A DNA stretch of 64,000 nucleotides, from positions 32,674,001-32,738,000 of the forward strand of contig NC_067399.1 of assembly GCF_016432865.1 (NCBI RefSeq). Direction: 5' to 3'. Shown here in pieces: positions 1 to 12,912 of this stretch. The DNA comes from Antechinus flavipes (lineage: Eukaryota). The translations under genes and the position numbers were made by a program. The notes below the pieces were generated by a model. The model saw nothing but the letters and a program-made list of their open reading frames with translations. It was not told where the DNA came from and made no database searches. The first letter of the stretch is position 1. The number at the start of each line of letters is the position of its first letter.

Positions 1-320
1 CACCTCATTTTTGAGAAGAGCCACATCCATCACAATTGATCAGAACATAATCTTGTTGTTGCTGTGTATAATGTATAATGTTCTCTTGGTTTTACTCACT
101 TCACTCAGCATCAGTTCATGGAAATCTCTCCAGGCCTTTCTAAAATAAAACTGCTGATCTTTTCTTATAGAACAATAATATTCCATTATATTCATATATC
201 ATAATTTCTTCAGCTATTTCTCAACTCAGTTTTCAGTTCCTCCCCACTACAAAAAGGACTGCTAAAACATTTTTGACATAGTTGAGATACTGCTGCATCA
301 AAATGGAATAAAAAAAATTT
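1..320 (-). mobile_element. LINE-1 ORF2 3' fragment
   Basis: Similar to 2560-2830 (cttttcttatagaacaataatattcc...), a typical marsupial L1 3' end. Confidence 0.7.
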
Positions 321-638
321 TTTCCCCAAATTTATTTTATTTAAAAAAACAGAATAAGAAAAAGGAAAAAACAGAAAAGGAATACAAAACAAAAGAGAAC
401 ACTGTCATGTGCCCAGCAGAATATCAGAGAGGATTCAAAAAAAATAACAATACCAGTTCAAGAAAGTATATCTATTAGCAGAAGAAATTATATTTATAAG
501 TGTCTATCTTTTCTTTACTTCCTTGTAAATTGTTCTTTTGTTCTCTGCTATGCACCTTTTATACTTTATTCTTTTCTTTTCCTTTCATTCCCTCCCCACC
601 CCCAAGCTGGTTATAGTTAGGAAAGGATATATATGTAG

Positions 639-640
<2 letters not shown>

Positions 641-679
<39 letters not shown>
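641..679. repeat. (CA)n microsatellite
   Basis: Perfect CA run. Confidence 0.95.
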
Positions 680-680
<1 letters not shown>

Positions 681-899
681 CTTCCCTGCTGACTCTTTGC
701 ATTAATTCTGTTCCTAACTTGCCTTGCTATTACTTAACCCCACTCCCCCATCCATGGATCCTTCCTTGTCTTCTTCCTTCACCCTTTACTTCCTTGTATG
801 CCCAATCCTCCCCTCTTATTTCTTTATAGATTTTGGAGGGTGCTATATATATGTGTGTGTGTATATATATATATATAGTACATGTGTAATATTACTCAT

Positions 900-2035
900 T
901 TAACCCATTCCCAATGTGAACAGTTTTTCAAAACTACTAACCGTCCTCCCCATTCTAAGGATTCTGTGTCTATTCTTCCTCTGCATCTCATTTGTATGAC
1001 ATAATTACTATTTTTACTTTAACTCTGCCCCAGTCTTTCTTTTGAGCTGCTGTATTGCTGATGTCAATCTTAAGCATATGCTATAAATTTCCCATGTTAA
1101 AAAATGTTTTTTCCATGTTGAATATCCAATATCTTTGATATTGGCTCTTGAATGTTATATTTTCTATTAAGTTTGGGTTTGGTTGATAGAAAGTCCTGAA
1201 AATCTTTAAGTTTGTTGAATGTCCTTTTTTTTTTTTCCATTGGATATTATAGATAATTTTGCTGGATATGATATTTTTGGCCACAGGCCTAGTTCTTTTG
1301 ATTATCAGTAGATGTGATTCCAAGAGCAATAAAAGTCTTTTATTGTGGCTGCTGCTAAGTCCTGTACAATTCTAATTGAATTGTTGGGGGTATTTGAATT
1401 GTTGGGGGATTTTTTGTTGTTTGTTTCTTGCAAAATGTTTTCTTTGATCTGGGAGTTTCGAAATTTAGCGATAATGTTCTTATGTGTTTTCCACAAAGGA
1501 TCTCCTTGAGATGGTGATGGATGATTTTCTTTTCTATTTCGACTTTCCCCTCATGTTCTATCACTCTAGGACAATTTTCTTGGATTATTTTTGCTTTATT
1601 GTGTCAAGATCCTTTTTTCAGTCATAATTTTCAGGCAGTCCAATTATTCTTATATTTTCTCTTCTTGATTTCTTGTTTTTCTAATAAGATATTTCACATT
1701 CTACTCTATTTTTTCATTCTTTATAATCTCTTTTGTTATTTCTCAGTCTCTCATATCTTTATTGGCTTCTCGCCCAATTATAATTTTCAAAGTTATTTTT
1801 GTCTTTGAGACTCATATCTCCTTTTCTAGTTGGTTAACTTTTTTTTTCATAATCTTCTTGTTTTTCTTGGGTTTGTTTTTTTATTTTTAGTTTTTCCTCA
1901 ATGTCTCTCATTTGACTTCTAAATTCTTTTTTGAGTTGTTTGATAAATTCTCTCTGGGCAAGAAGCCAATTCAAATTACTCTTTGGGATGAAAACTTTTT
2001 TTTACTTTAATGTCCTCCTGTGAAGATGAACACTG
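900..2035 (-). mobile_element. Decayed LINE-1/HAL1 ORF1 fragment
   Basis: Minus-strand peptide NIIAKFRNSQIKENILQ...IRIVQDLAAATIK resembles the marsupial L1 ORF1 C-terminal domain; frameshifted. Confidence 0.7.
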
Positions 2036-2204
2036 GTGGAATAAAAAATTTTAAGTGACAATATTAAATCTGGCTGTTCTATTGCTCAGATAAATCAAAA
2101 GAAAATCATCTCTCCTCATCTCTCAGTTTCTTAATCTATGGCTTGACATTGCCAGTATATCCAAATAGAAAGCACAAGAAAGCACATTACTGTATTCCAC
2201 TTTT

Positions 2205-3110
2205 TAAATTTTTAAAAGCTTTTTATTTTTGAAACATATGCACAGATAGTTTTCAACAGTCACTCTTATAAAACCTTGTGTTCCAAACTTTTTTCTCCCT
2301 CTTCTTCCCACCGCCTCTCTTAGGTGGCAAATAAATCCAATATGTTAAATATGTGCAATTTTTCTAAACATATTTCCACAATTATCATGCTGCATGAGAA
2401 AAATCAGATCAAAAAGGAAAAAACAATGAGACAGAAAACAAAAAGCAAACAACAATAACAACAAAAAGTGAAAATAGTATGTTGTGATCCACACTCAGTG
2501 CCCACAATCCTCTCTCTGGAAGCAGATGGCTCTCTCCAACACAAGACCAGTGGAACTGACTGGAATTACTTTGCTGTTGAGAAGAGCCATGTCCATCAGA
2601 ATTGATCATTGTATAATCTTGCTGTTGCTGGGTACATTGTTCTATTGATTCTGCTCATTTCACTCAGTATCAGTTCATGTAAGTCTCTCCAGGCCTTTCT
2701 GAAATCCTCTTGCTGATCATTTCTTACAGAACAATAATATTCCCTAACATTCATATACCATAATTTATTCAGCCATTCTCCAACTGATGGGCATCCATTA
2801 AGTTTCTAGTTCCTTGCCACTACAAAAATGGTGGCTACAAACAGTTTTGCACATGTGAGTAATTTTCCCTTTTTCATAATCTCTTTGGGATCCAAACCCA
2901 GTAGTGACACTGCTGGGTCAAAGGGTATGCATAGTTTGATAGCCCTTGAACATAGTTCCAATGACTCTCCAGAATAGTTGGATCAGTTCACAACTCTACC
3001 AACAGTGCATCAGTGTCCCAGTTTTCCCCCATCCCCTCCAAATGAATATTTGTCATTCTCTTTTTTTCTTAGCCTATCTGAGAGGTGTGTAGTGGCACCT
3101 CAGAGTTTTG
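2205..3110 (-). mobile_element. 5'-truncated LINE-1 (3' ORF2 and 3'UTR)
   Basis: T-rich tail, L1 3'UTR and the ORF2 end motif cccagtagtgacactgctgggtcaaagggtatgc. Confidence 0.8.
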
Positions 3111-3354
3111 CATCCCACTTTTTAAAAAAATCTCATTCATAGCATTCTTTTCCTGAAAAAGAATTCTGCTTCTGGACTCACATGACCTAGATTCAGTGTT
3201 AGGAGAACTGACTCCCAAGGGAGGGGAATGAAGCTTTCCTTGTGCTGTCTGAAAAAAAAAAATATGATGCTTCTATAGTAATAGCGTATTTAGCAAAAGT
3301 TCTTAATAAAGCAAAAATAAAACCACATTATAAAACAGATATGTGGGTCATATT

Positions 3355-3620
3355 GGGGCAGCTGGGCGGTGCAATGAGTAGAGCATTGGGTCTGGAATCA
3401 GGAAGATATGAATTCACATTCAACCTCAAACACTAGCTATATGATCTTGGGCTAATCACGCAACATCCTCCCCATCTGCCTATGATCCACATCAGTAACA
3501 TAAGGACGCACTGGGGACAGAAATGGCAAACCCTGCATTAGCTTTGTTAAGGAAACCCTATGGATGAAAGTCCCCGGGGTCACACAGAGATGGACACAGC
3601 TGAATGACTGGACAACAATG
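3355..3620 (+). mobile_element. CORE SINE (MIR/Mar1-type)
   Basis: ggggcagctg head, CORE, and ggggtcacacagagatggacacagctgaatgactggacaacaa tail. Confidence 0.7.
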
Positions 3621-4279
3621 ACCAGCCTGTCTTAGCTTAAATATACAAAGTACAATACCCGTGCTTGTGACCCATCAATGGCACGGTCTGGTTACACATA
3701 CTACCTTTGCTCTCATTACTCCGGAAGTATCAGAAGGCAAGCTGATCTTGCCAAATAGTCCTGCCCCTCCTGCGGGACCTGCTTTTAGCTCTGAGTCTTT
3801 GATGTCGCCCGACTGACCGATCCTGACTTTGTGGATGACCTTGAGCCCACACACCAGCCCGCCCGGCCCATTGTGGGGTTAGCCATCACCGTCTCCATGC
3901 CCCAGTGAGTCAAACACCCAAGGGCTCTATTCTCTTGGGTCGTCCAGCACCAGGGTAGTAACAGCAGCAGCAACAAGCAGCTCTCATTTAAGGTTTGCTA
4001 AGTACTTTACAAATATTATCTCATTTGATCATCACAACCTGAGAAATAAAGTGTTTTTATGCCCATTTTACAGATGAGGAAACTCAGTTGGGTGACTTGG
4101 CCAGATCAGACAGCTAGTAGCTCTCTAAGGCCAGGTTTGAACTCGGGTCATCTTAACTCCAGCTATAGCAGATCCTAGATACCGGACACAGCTTTTGGAT
4201 ACAGCTCTCCTTTCCTGCTCTTTTTTGTCAGATATCCTCTTTAGGCCAGAGAACTCATAACTGACTTTCTAAACCCTCT

Positions 4280-4471
4280 CAGGGGTCCTCAAACTATGGC
4301 CCGTGGGCCAGATGCAGCAGCAGAGGACGTTTATCCCCTTCACTCAGGGTTATGAAGTTTCTTTATTTAAAGGCCCACAAACCAAAGTTTTTGTTTTTAC
4401 TATAATCCTGCCCTCCAACAGTCTGAGGGACAGTGAACTGGCCCCCAATTTAAAAAGTTTGAGGACCCCTG
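4280..4471. mobile_element. Non-autonomous hAT MITE, OC1/OposCharlie1-like
   Basis: Perfect 16-bp TIRs CAGGGGTCCTCAAACT (4280-4295) and AGTTTGAGGACCCCTG (4456-4471); 192 bp long; no clean 8-bp TSD. Confidence 0.85.
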
Positions 4472-6567
4472 CTAAGGCAATTCCTCCTGGTCCTCCTCCT
4501 CCTCTTCCTCTCCTTCTCTTTCTTTGTTCCTCTTCCTCCTCCTTCTTTTCCTTCTTCTCCTTCTCCTTTTCCTCTTCCTTCTCCTCTTTATACCTTCTCT
4601 ACATGTCAGCTTCTTGTATTCTTTTTCTCTCTCCAGGGACCCCTCCTTGAAGAGTTCCCACACCTGATTTTGTATTCTCTCTAAACTAAAAGCGAGAAAA
4701 ACTCACATCTCTCCTCTTCTAAGCTCTTGCTAACATTATCCATCACAAAGGCATGGAGCCATTATTTTCCATCCATGAGAACAGTCTATGCAAATAGACT
4801 CGAGCCCCAGGTTACACAGAATCATGGGTCATTAGAAAACCATTTTTAACCCAGTTATGGAAAGATTGAGCAGCTTTTCAGTCTACAAAATAGCCTTAGA
4901 GAGTGCATCCAAAACACCTTTTGCCCGGCGGGGAGTGATTGTGTTTCCATGGTGAGCAGAAAGAAAGGTGTGAGGGATAATCTGCTAGGGAGACTCTGAG
5001 CAATGGATTCCGCTTACCAGATGCAGAGATCATGATTAAGATGAGGAAGAATCTGAGTGTCGGTAGCCAGTGGAAGGTCAGAGAATTAGCTAGTTCATTT
5101 ACAGACCATGAGGATCTCTGTTCAGAGAGAGGGGAAGGGATGAGCCCTGAGGCAGCCTTGTTTCTGCTTAATACTACAGCCGAGAAAGCCCTCTGAGAAG
5201 AAATGACATCCACGTCGGGCCATGTACCAGCCCAGAATTGTCACTCATTGCAAAGGCTGTTCACGAGATCCAGAGGTCACAGAGGAAATATCTATTTAAC
5301 TTATGACAATATTTGTTTATGACGTTTCAGGAAGAATGCCAAAGTGGTTATATTTGTCACCATATAAGACCCATTATCGGAAGGAATTGACTGAACATGC
5401 AACTTACTTGTATTTAAATGCCTTGAATTGATTTTATATTTATTTCATGTATATTTATGGATGTATACAATATTGTCTCTGAGAAAATATAAACATCTTC
5501 AGTGTAGGATTTGTTCCTTTTATTGTATTCTTACCCTTGGTCAGTGCTTGACACATAGTAGGAACTTTATAAATATTGAACTATTACAATGTGTGCTTTT
5601 GATTATCTGCTAACTACTGTGTTTAGATATTCTCTGAGGTCCCTTCCTGATCTGGAAGTATGTAGATCCTGTGAAAAATAGCAAATAAAAGAGTTAGCCA
5701 TTGTCTCGGAGAGCTGAATAAGGACAACTGTAGTCTACGAGGTAGGAAATAGGCTTATTTAGCTCAAGACCTCAAGGAGATGGAGTCCAGAGTTGCAGAA
5801 AACAGTGGAAGATTGTGTCTCAGATGAGGATACAATGAAAGACTACTGGGAGCTTCAGCGGGAGGCTTATTAACCCACAGGTCTGTGCAGTGGATTTCTG
5901 AGTTTGCTAAATGGAGCTGCAATCTCTGGGAGGGAGGGAAACTCTATAGTCTAACTATATATATATATATATATCCAGATTACTAACGATAGTCTTCTTC
6001 CTGGATATTGGACAGTTCCTGAAAATAACCAGATAGCTGAAGACTTGAGGAAAATAGTGTGAATGCAACGTCCAGTGGGAATCAGCAGAGAGAAACATCA
6101 CATGGGACAATTGAATATTGCTGGAAGACAATGGGGACCTCTGAGTGAGGAAAGCGTGTGCTAGCTCCCGTACCTGTAGGCCTTCATGTCCTAGGCCCCT
6201 TTATGAGTGTTTTTGATATACATCTTCCTCAGGCAGGTGTAGAGATGATAATGGAGATGTTGTAGGCAGTGATGCGGAGGATTGCCCCTTGGGAAATGAA
6301 GGACTAAAATCTATGACTAAAAGCCCACAAAAGAAGTAGCTATTTTGTCCTGTTTTTCTGGTAGGATAATTAAGAAGCTGTTCTAATTTCAGCGTCACTG
6401 TCCTACTCCTATTCCCTTCCCCACACTTTGGGTCAGTGTCTTCTAGGCTTGGCTCCTTAAAGTTTAGAGAAATAACCATTTGCTTATAACAACATAAATC
6501 TGTCACAAAGGCTGCTTCCTCTTCCCCTACATGAAATTTATTTCAGGGAAATCTCTAAAATACAGGT

Positions 6568-7042
6568 TAAGATGGCGAGACTTACATGAACCGATGCTAA
6601 GTGAAATGAGCAGAACCGGGAGATCATTATATACCTCAACAACGATACTATATGACGATGTATTCTGATGGAAGTGGATCTCTTCGATAAAGAGAGCCTT
6701 AATTGATCAAAGATGGACAGAAGCAGCTACACCCAGAGAAAGAACACTGGAAATGAATATAAACTGCTTGCATTTTTGTTTTTCTTCCCGGGTTATTTAT
6801 ACCTTCTGAATCCAATTCTCCCTGTGCAACAAGAGAACTGTTCGGTCCTGCACACATATATTGTATCTAGGATATACTGTAACTTATTCAACATGTAAAG
6901 GACTGCTTGCCATCTGGGGGAGGGGGTGGAGGGAGGGAGGGGGAAAATCGGAACAGAAGTGAGTGCGAGGGATAATGCTGTAAAAAATTACCCTGGCATG
7001 GGTTCTGTCAATAAAAAGTTATTTTTAAAAAAAAAAATAAAA
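6568..7042 (+). mobile_element. Young 5'-truncated LINE-1 3' end with TSD
   Basis: AATAAA plus A-tail; 12-bp TSD TAAAATACAGGT at 6556-6567 and 7043-7054; same subfamily as 13828-14000 and 14867-15206. Confidence 0.88.
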
Positions 7043-8291
7043 TAAAATACAGGTCAAGTATTGCTTGTGTCTCATTTCCCATTTTCCAACTTGAGGTAAA
7101 CCTCAAAAGTAAATAATAATAACCACGTTTATATAGCATTTTAAAGTTTGAAAAATGCTTTACATCTCCTAATTCGTTTGATCCTCACAATAACCCGGAA
7201 GTGAGTGGTGATATTGTGCCCATCTTACAGATGAGGAGACTTTGGGAGACAAAGTTTAAGTGACTTGCCCAGAATCACACAATTCGTAAACAAATGTCTT
7301 AGACTGGCTTGAGTTCACCTTCCTGATTCCAAGCCCAGTGCTCCATCCAGTGCGCCACCTAGTGGCCTTCAGGCGGGTGTAAATTGTCAGCATCTCCTTT
7401 GTATGAAATAGAAAGATAATGAAGGGGAGATTGAGATTCTACCCAAGTAGCTGTTCACTACATAGGTAGCTGAGCCAAGCCTTTGCAAGCCTAGCAACAG
7501 CCCGGGGCAGGAATGGTTTGAGGTTTTACGTTTTCTCTTTCCGACGGAACCAGAGGTAGCTTAGGATGTACTCCTTCCTTCCCCAAAGACCAACTCCAAG
7601 AAGCCACTGGGAAAAGGAGAAGCAGGGTTTTTTTGCTGATTCCAGTGGGAGTTTACTAGAAATATGTTCAGTTTTACGCTCAAAGGAAATCTCAAGAATA
7701 AAAGGGAATACTAGTACTCACTAATACTAGTAATACTGATTCATTTAAAGTGACATGGAAAAATTGGTAAACTTGAAAAGTGTCTGTGTCAGAAATTAGC
7801 TTATTTTTGGAATTACAAAATCTCAAAGTTGGGGGGAACCTCAGAGACCACCCAGTCCATTTGTCCCTGATCAGAAATCGAGAAGCATCCTTTATTCCTC
7901 TTCTCCTCATCAAAGTCACCGCCACAGATGGGTGGCTAGGGATTTTGTCACCAGGCCAGCCCTCTTTCACCCCATGAATGCAGCTGATGATCCCTGGTTG
8001 ATTGACAAGTGTATTTTGGAGGGCAAAAATAATCAGGACCCCCTCAGAGCTCTCCAAACTCAGCTGCCATGGGAGTCCAAGCGCTTTGAAGTCCCAGGTG
8101 TCCTGCTTCCCTCTGGCACTTCCTACCTATAAATCCCCAAATCTATGAGGTTCTACAAATGAAGGAGAGACAGAGAGACAGAGGCAGACTGAGAAAAAGG
8201 AAAACACAGAGGGAGAAAGACACACAGAGAGAAAAATGGGAGAGAGAAAGATAGAAAGGGAAAAAACACAGAACAAAGAGAAATAAAAAAG

Positions 8292-8292
<1 letters not shown>

Positions 8293-8351
<59 letters not shown>
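8293..8351. repeat. (GA)n microsatellite
   Basis: Perfect GA run. Confidence 0.95.
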
Positions 8352-8353
<2 letters not shown>

Positions 8354-9205
8354 CCACTATATTACTCATGTCTCTTCTTCTGGAAAAGTTCCCTAGTCTG
8401 ATGTGGTAGACTGGTTAAAAACTGTCTGGATTTTTGTTTGAGCTTTTTTTTGGGGGGGGGTGTTTTGGGATTCTCTGAATTAATTGTATCCCTTGGCCAT
8501 ATGTTTCAGGCTGTCCTTTAGCGTGACCCATTCAGATGGATATTTTATCACATCTCATCCTTTAAAAAACTTTTCTATTTTCCTCTCAGCTCTCTGATTC
8601 ATTCTTACTGCTTGAAGCTTTTTGTGAAAAACAGAGACATGGAAAGGAAGATTCCTTCTATCTTTGGAGGCCTTACATGTGTACGCCCCATATGTGATTC
8701 ATGTGCAAATCTACTTTTCTCTAATATGTTTGCATTTCTGAGAAAACAAGCTCAAGTCTTAAAGAGGAAGAATTTGTTGTTATTTTATTCCATTTTTATT
8801 TCATCAAATGCCTTTGTTGTGATTAAAGTGTGTCCTTTCTACCATTAAAAAAAACCCATTGGTGGGGGCTCATGAAGCTTGAAGAGGATTTTGACCCACA
8901 AAGTGCCTAGAATTTTTAACTAAATTGTAATTAAACTGAGGCTCATACGCAAAGTTGAGAACTTATCATAATAACTTTTTCCGTAGTCAAAAATTTCAGT
9001 TTCTGCCCGGGATGACAAGTCTCATCACTAGCAACTCATCTTTTGGCAAATGCAAGAGATTTCTGGTGGCCATCCCTCTCAAATAAAATTGCTCCCAAGT
9101 CCTCAAGGCTGGTGTGTCACATGAAGGACTTCCTGGGATCTGCCTAGACCAATATCGGTGTACTCATAAGGCAGTTGACTAAATTCTTAAGAACCTATTC
9201 AAATA

Positions 9206-9328
9206 GGGGCAGCTAGATGCTGCAGTGGATAGATCAGCAGCCCTGAAGTCAGGAGGACCTGAATTCAAATCCAAACACTTCCTGGCTGTGTGACCCTGGG
9301 CAAGTCACTTAACCCCAATTGCCTCAGC

Positions 9329-9360
<32 letters not shown>
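9206..9360 (+). mobile_element. WSINE1-type tRNA-derived SINE
   Basis: ggggcagctag...gccctgaagtcaggaggacctgaattcaaat...gtgaccctgggcaagtcacttaaccccaattgcctc followed by an A-tail. Confidence 0.85.
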
Positions 9361-9361
<1 letters not shown>

Positions 9362-10394
9362 CTTATTCAAATTCCTCATCCCAACAGTTTTAAAAAGGTA
9401 CCAGTGGGTTCAGGCCAGACTGTGTTTTTCTACCCTACCATTCTTTTCATCCATTTACCCATGAGTGAGATTGTAGAAAACTTAGTAATTATGGCATAAA
9501 TCTTTATGAATTTCCAATAATAGCTACCAAATCCTAGATAAATTTCTTTAAAAATAAAAAAAAACTTAAAAAAAAATAAAACCTTCAGTTTTTACAACAA
9601 TTTAAAACAATTTTATGATCATGAGCAGATATGTACAACTATCTTTTCAGATTTATACTTTGCTCTTGGTTGAAACACTATGCAATTAAAACACATAGAT
9701 GCAGAGTTGAAAATTAAGGATGGAATCATCTTCCCTCAGTCCAACTAGGCCCATAACATCACCCGAGACCCTGGAAAAGGGTAAGATGACCAAGGAATGG
9801 GCTTGAGAGGGTAGAGAGAAAGCCCTTTAGCCCTATAGCTTCAGGTAGATGGAGAATTATAACAAGATTTAAATTTTTGAAGTTCTGAAATAACAAAAAG
9901 AAATTGAAATATTCTTTCAGAGAACATTTTTTATTGTTAGCTTTACTTGAAAGAATTTACTTTGATTTTTTTTTTTCCTGACTTCAGGGCTGGTTCTCTA
10001 TCCACTGCAGCATCTAGCTGCCCCTTTACTTTGATTACTATGAAAAGTTGAATAATTAAAATAACATGTGTGTAGGTTTTTGGGGGGCAGGAAGGGGAAA
10101 GGACAGAATAAAATCTATTCTGCTTTAGGCAACTCTAAAATAGTAGGAGTAATCTCATATAAGCAGATGATTAACATCAATCAATCCTAGTGAGAAAAAT
10201 AAGGACATATTGTACTTAAAAGCAACATAGATGATGAAAAAATAACAATGTTAAGTATTAACACAACCAAAAGGATTAGTGACTAAGCATCACCTCCCTG
10301 ATGTCATAATCCTCTTCGAGAACGAAGGAAAAACAACAAAGAAAATCTAATTTACTTATGAGGATGAAATTTGACCCCAGAGAAGAAATGACAA

Positions 10395-11990
10395 AATGTA
10401 CATCCTGCCCTTATTTGCAGAGATGTGGAAAATAGATATGGAATACTGCATATGTTATCTGACTTAATTGATTTGCCTGTTACTTTTGCAGAATTGCTTC
10501 TTCTTTTTTATTCTTCATTATCAGGGATGATCCACTGGATAGAAGAGGGGAAAGAAATATATTAATAAATGAAGATGATGTAAAAAAAGATATCAATACA
10601 AATATAAAATAAAAATAAAATGATCTAAAAAATAAAATTATCTCTGTAATTGTTGGAGCAAATAAGCAAAAAGAAGAAAAAGAATAAGTAGGCAAAAAGC
10701 AAGAAAATATTGATAATAGCACAATAATAATAACAGACTTTAATATTCCTCTTTTAGATTTGGATAAATCCAAAAAAAGGAGAAACAAGAAAAAAAAAAT
10801 AGAGCTGGGATTTAATTGTTCTGAGGGGAACAGGAATATTAAAGGATACATGTAGTTCTCCTAGTTTCCTTTAAAAATCAATTATATGCTAAAGTAGAAA
10901 AAATCATAAAGAAATATAAAAGGTCAGAAGTAATAAACTCATTCTTCAGAGACCATAACACAACAAAATTAGCAATGAATAAAGGAAATATGACCAAAAG
11001 ACACAGGCCTAAACTGAAACTCAGTAATAATCTCTTAAATAATGATTGGGTGAAAGAATACATCAAAGGAAAAAATAAATAATTATGTTGACTATAATAA
11101 TAATAGTAAAACAAAATATCAAAACGTTTGGGACAACTCCTGGGTCTGTTTCCCAAAGAGAACATAAAAAAGGGGAAAGGCCCACGTATACAGAAATATT
11201 TGTAGCAGCTCTTCTTGTGGTGGCAAAGAGTTGGAAAATGAATAGATGCCCATCAGTTGGGGAAAAGCTGAATAAGTTCTGGCATATGGAACTAGTGGAA
11301 CATTATTGTATTTTTAAAAGATTTTTTTAATTTAAATTTTTTATTTTTGCTGAGGCAGTTGGGGTTAAGTGACTTGCCCAGGGTCACACAGCTAGGAAGT
11401 TGTTAAGTGCCTGAAGATCAAATTTGAACTCAAGTCCTCCTGACTTCAGGGCTGGTGCTCCATCCATTGCGCCACCTAGATGCCTCTATATTATTGTTTT
11501 ATAAGAAATAATCAACAGACTAATTTCAGAAAAGCCTGGAAAGACTTAAGTGAACTGATGTTAAGTGAAGCAAGCAGAACCAGAAAAACTGTTCACAGCA
11601 ACAAGATTGTGCAATGATCAATTTTTATAGACTTAGCTCTTCTCAGCAATACAATGATCCAAGGCAATTCCAATAAACTTTGGATGGAAAATGCCATCTG
11701 CATCTAGAGAGATAATTATGGAGAGTGAATATAGATCAAAGCATACTATTTTCACTCTTTTTTTTTTTTTTTGGTTTTGTTTTGTTCTGGTTTTTTTTCC
11801 CTGATTTTACTTTCCCAATATGACTCATATGGAAATATGTTAAAAATAAATATATGTGAATAACCTATATCTGATTGCTTGCTAGTCTGGTGATGGGGGA
11901 AGGTAAGGGAGAAAAACAAATTTTAGAACTCAAAATCTTATAAAAATGAACTTTGAAAACTATCTTTACATGAGATTGGAAAAATAATAT
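10395..11990 (+). mobile_element. Internally deleted LINE-1 ORF2 derivative, interrupted by a WSINE1 (11335-11486, minus)
   Basis: Endonuclease-like A-rich part joined directly to the C-terminal ctcctgggtctgtttcccaaagag segment, followed by an L1 3' end. Confidence 0.75.
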
Positions 11991-12567
11991 AACATTAATG
12001 TAAAATTTTAAAAAACCTTGGGCACAGCTAAAGTGGAATTTTACATCTTTGAAAATATAATTACAAAATTAAAAAAGAGGTCAATAAACAGTATACAATT
12101 TAAAGTACTAGAAAATAAATTGGTAACCTTAAAGCAAGTACAAAAGCAGTGATTTCATTTTGTAGGAAAATCTCAGATGAGGAAAGTTCCTTTGCTGGTT
12201 GGCATATTTTCTGCAATATTTAGATTAAAGCCTTCTACTTTAAGTTATTAGACAAAAGTCATATAGCCAATATATATCCAAGATAAGACTTAAACATAGT
12301 TCTTTCTGGCTCTGAGGCTACCTGTTGATTTACTATACCACACCGCTTTTCAAATGAAAGAAGAAATCTTGAAAATTGGAGAAGAAATAGAGAAATTTAA
12401 ACATTTTTAAAAATTAAAAAAAAATTAATTTTTTTAAAATAGAGAAATTTTTTAAATGGGCTAATACAATAAACATCATTGTTTAATATCCAGCAAAATT
12501 GATAAAATATTAACTAACCTGTTCAAGAATAAGAGAGAAGAAAATTATTAGAAATAAATATAACAAG

Positions 12568-12912
12568 CAACTCTTTGCTACCACAAAAAGAGCTGCTACA
12601 AATGTGGAGCCTTCCCCCTCTTTCATGATCTCTTTGGGATACAGACCCAGGAGTTGTCCCAAAAGTTTTGATATTTTGTTTCACTGTTATCATTACAGTC
12701 AACATCATTATTTATTTTTTTCCTTTGATGTATTTTTTCACCAAATTATTATTTAATTTTTATTTAGGCCTGTATCTTTTGGTCATATTTCCTTTATTCA
12801 TTGCTAATTTTGTTGTGTTATGGTCTCTGAAGAATGGGTTTATTAATTCTGACCTTTTAAATTTCTTTATGATTTCTTTCTACTTTAGCACATAATTGAT
12901 TTTTAAAGGAAA
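12568..12912 (-). mobile_element. Inverted copy of the same deleted L1 derivative
   Basis: Reverse complement aligns with 10870-11235 and shares the junction translated as KQNIKTFGTTPGSVSQR. Confidence 0.8.

Noticed and set aside
4472-4663. Arg/Glu-rich ORF
   Set aside because: Polypurine/polypyrimidine simple repeat.
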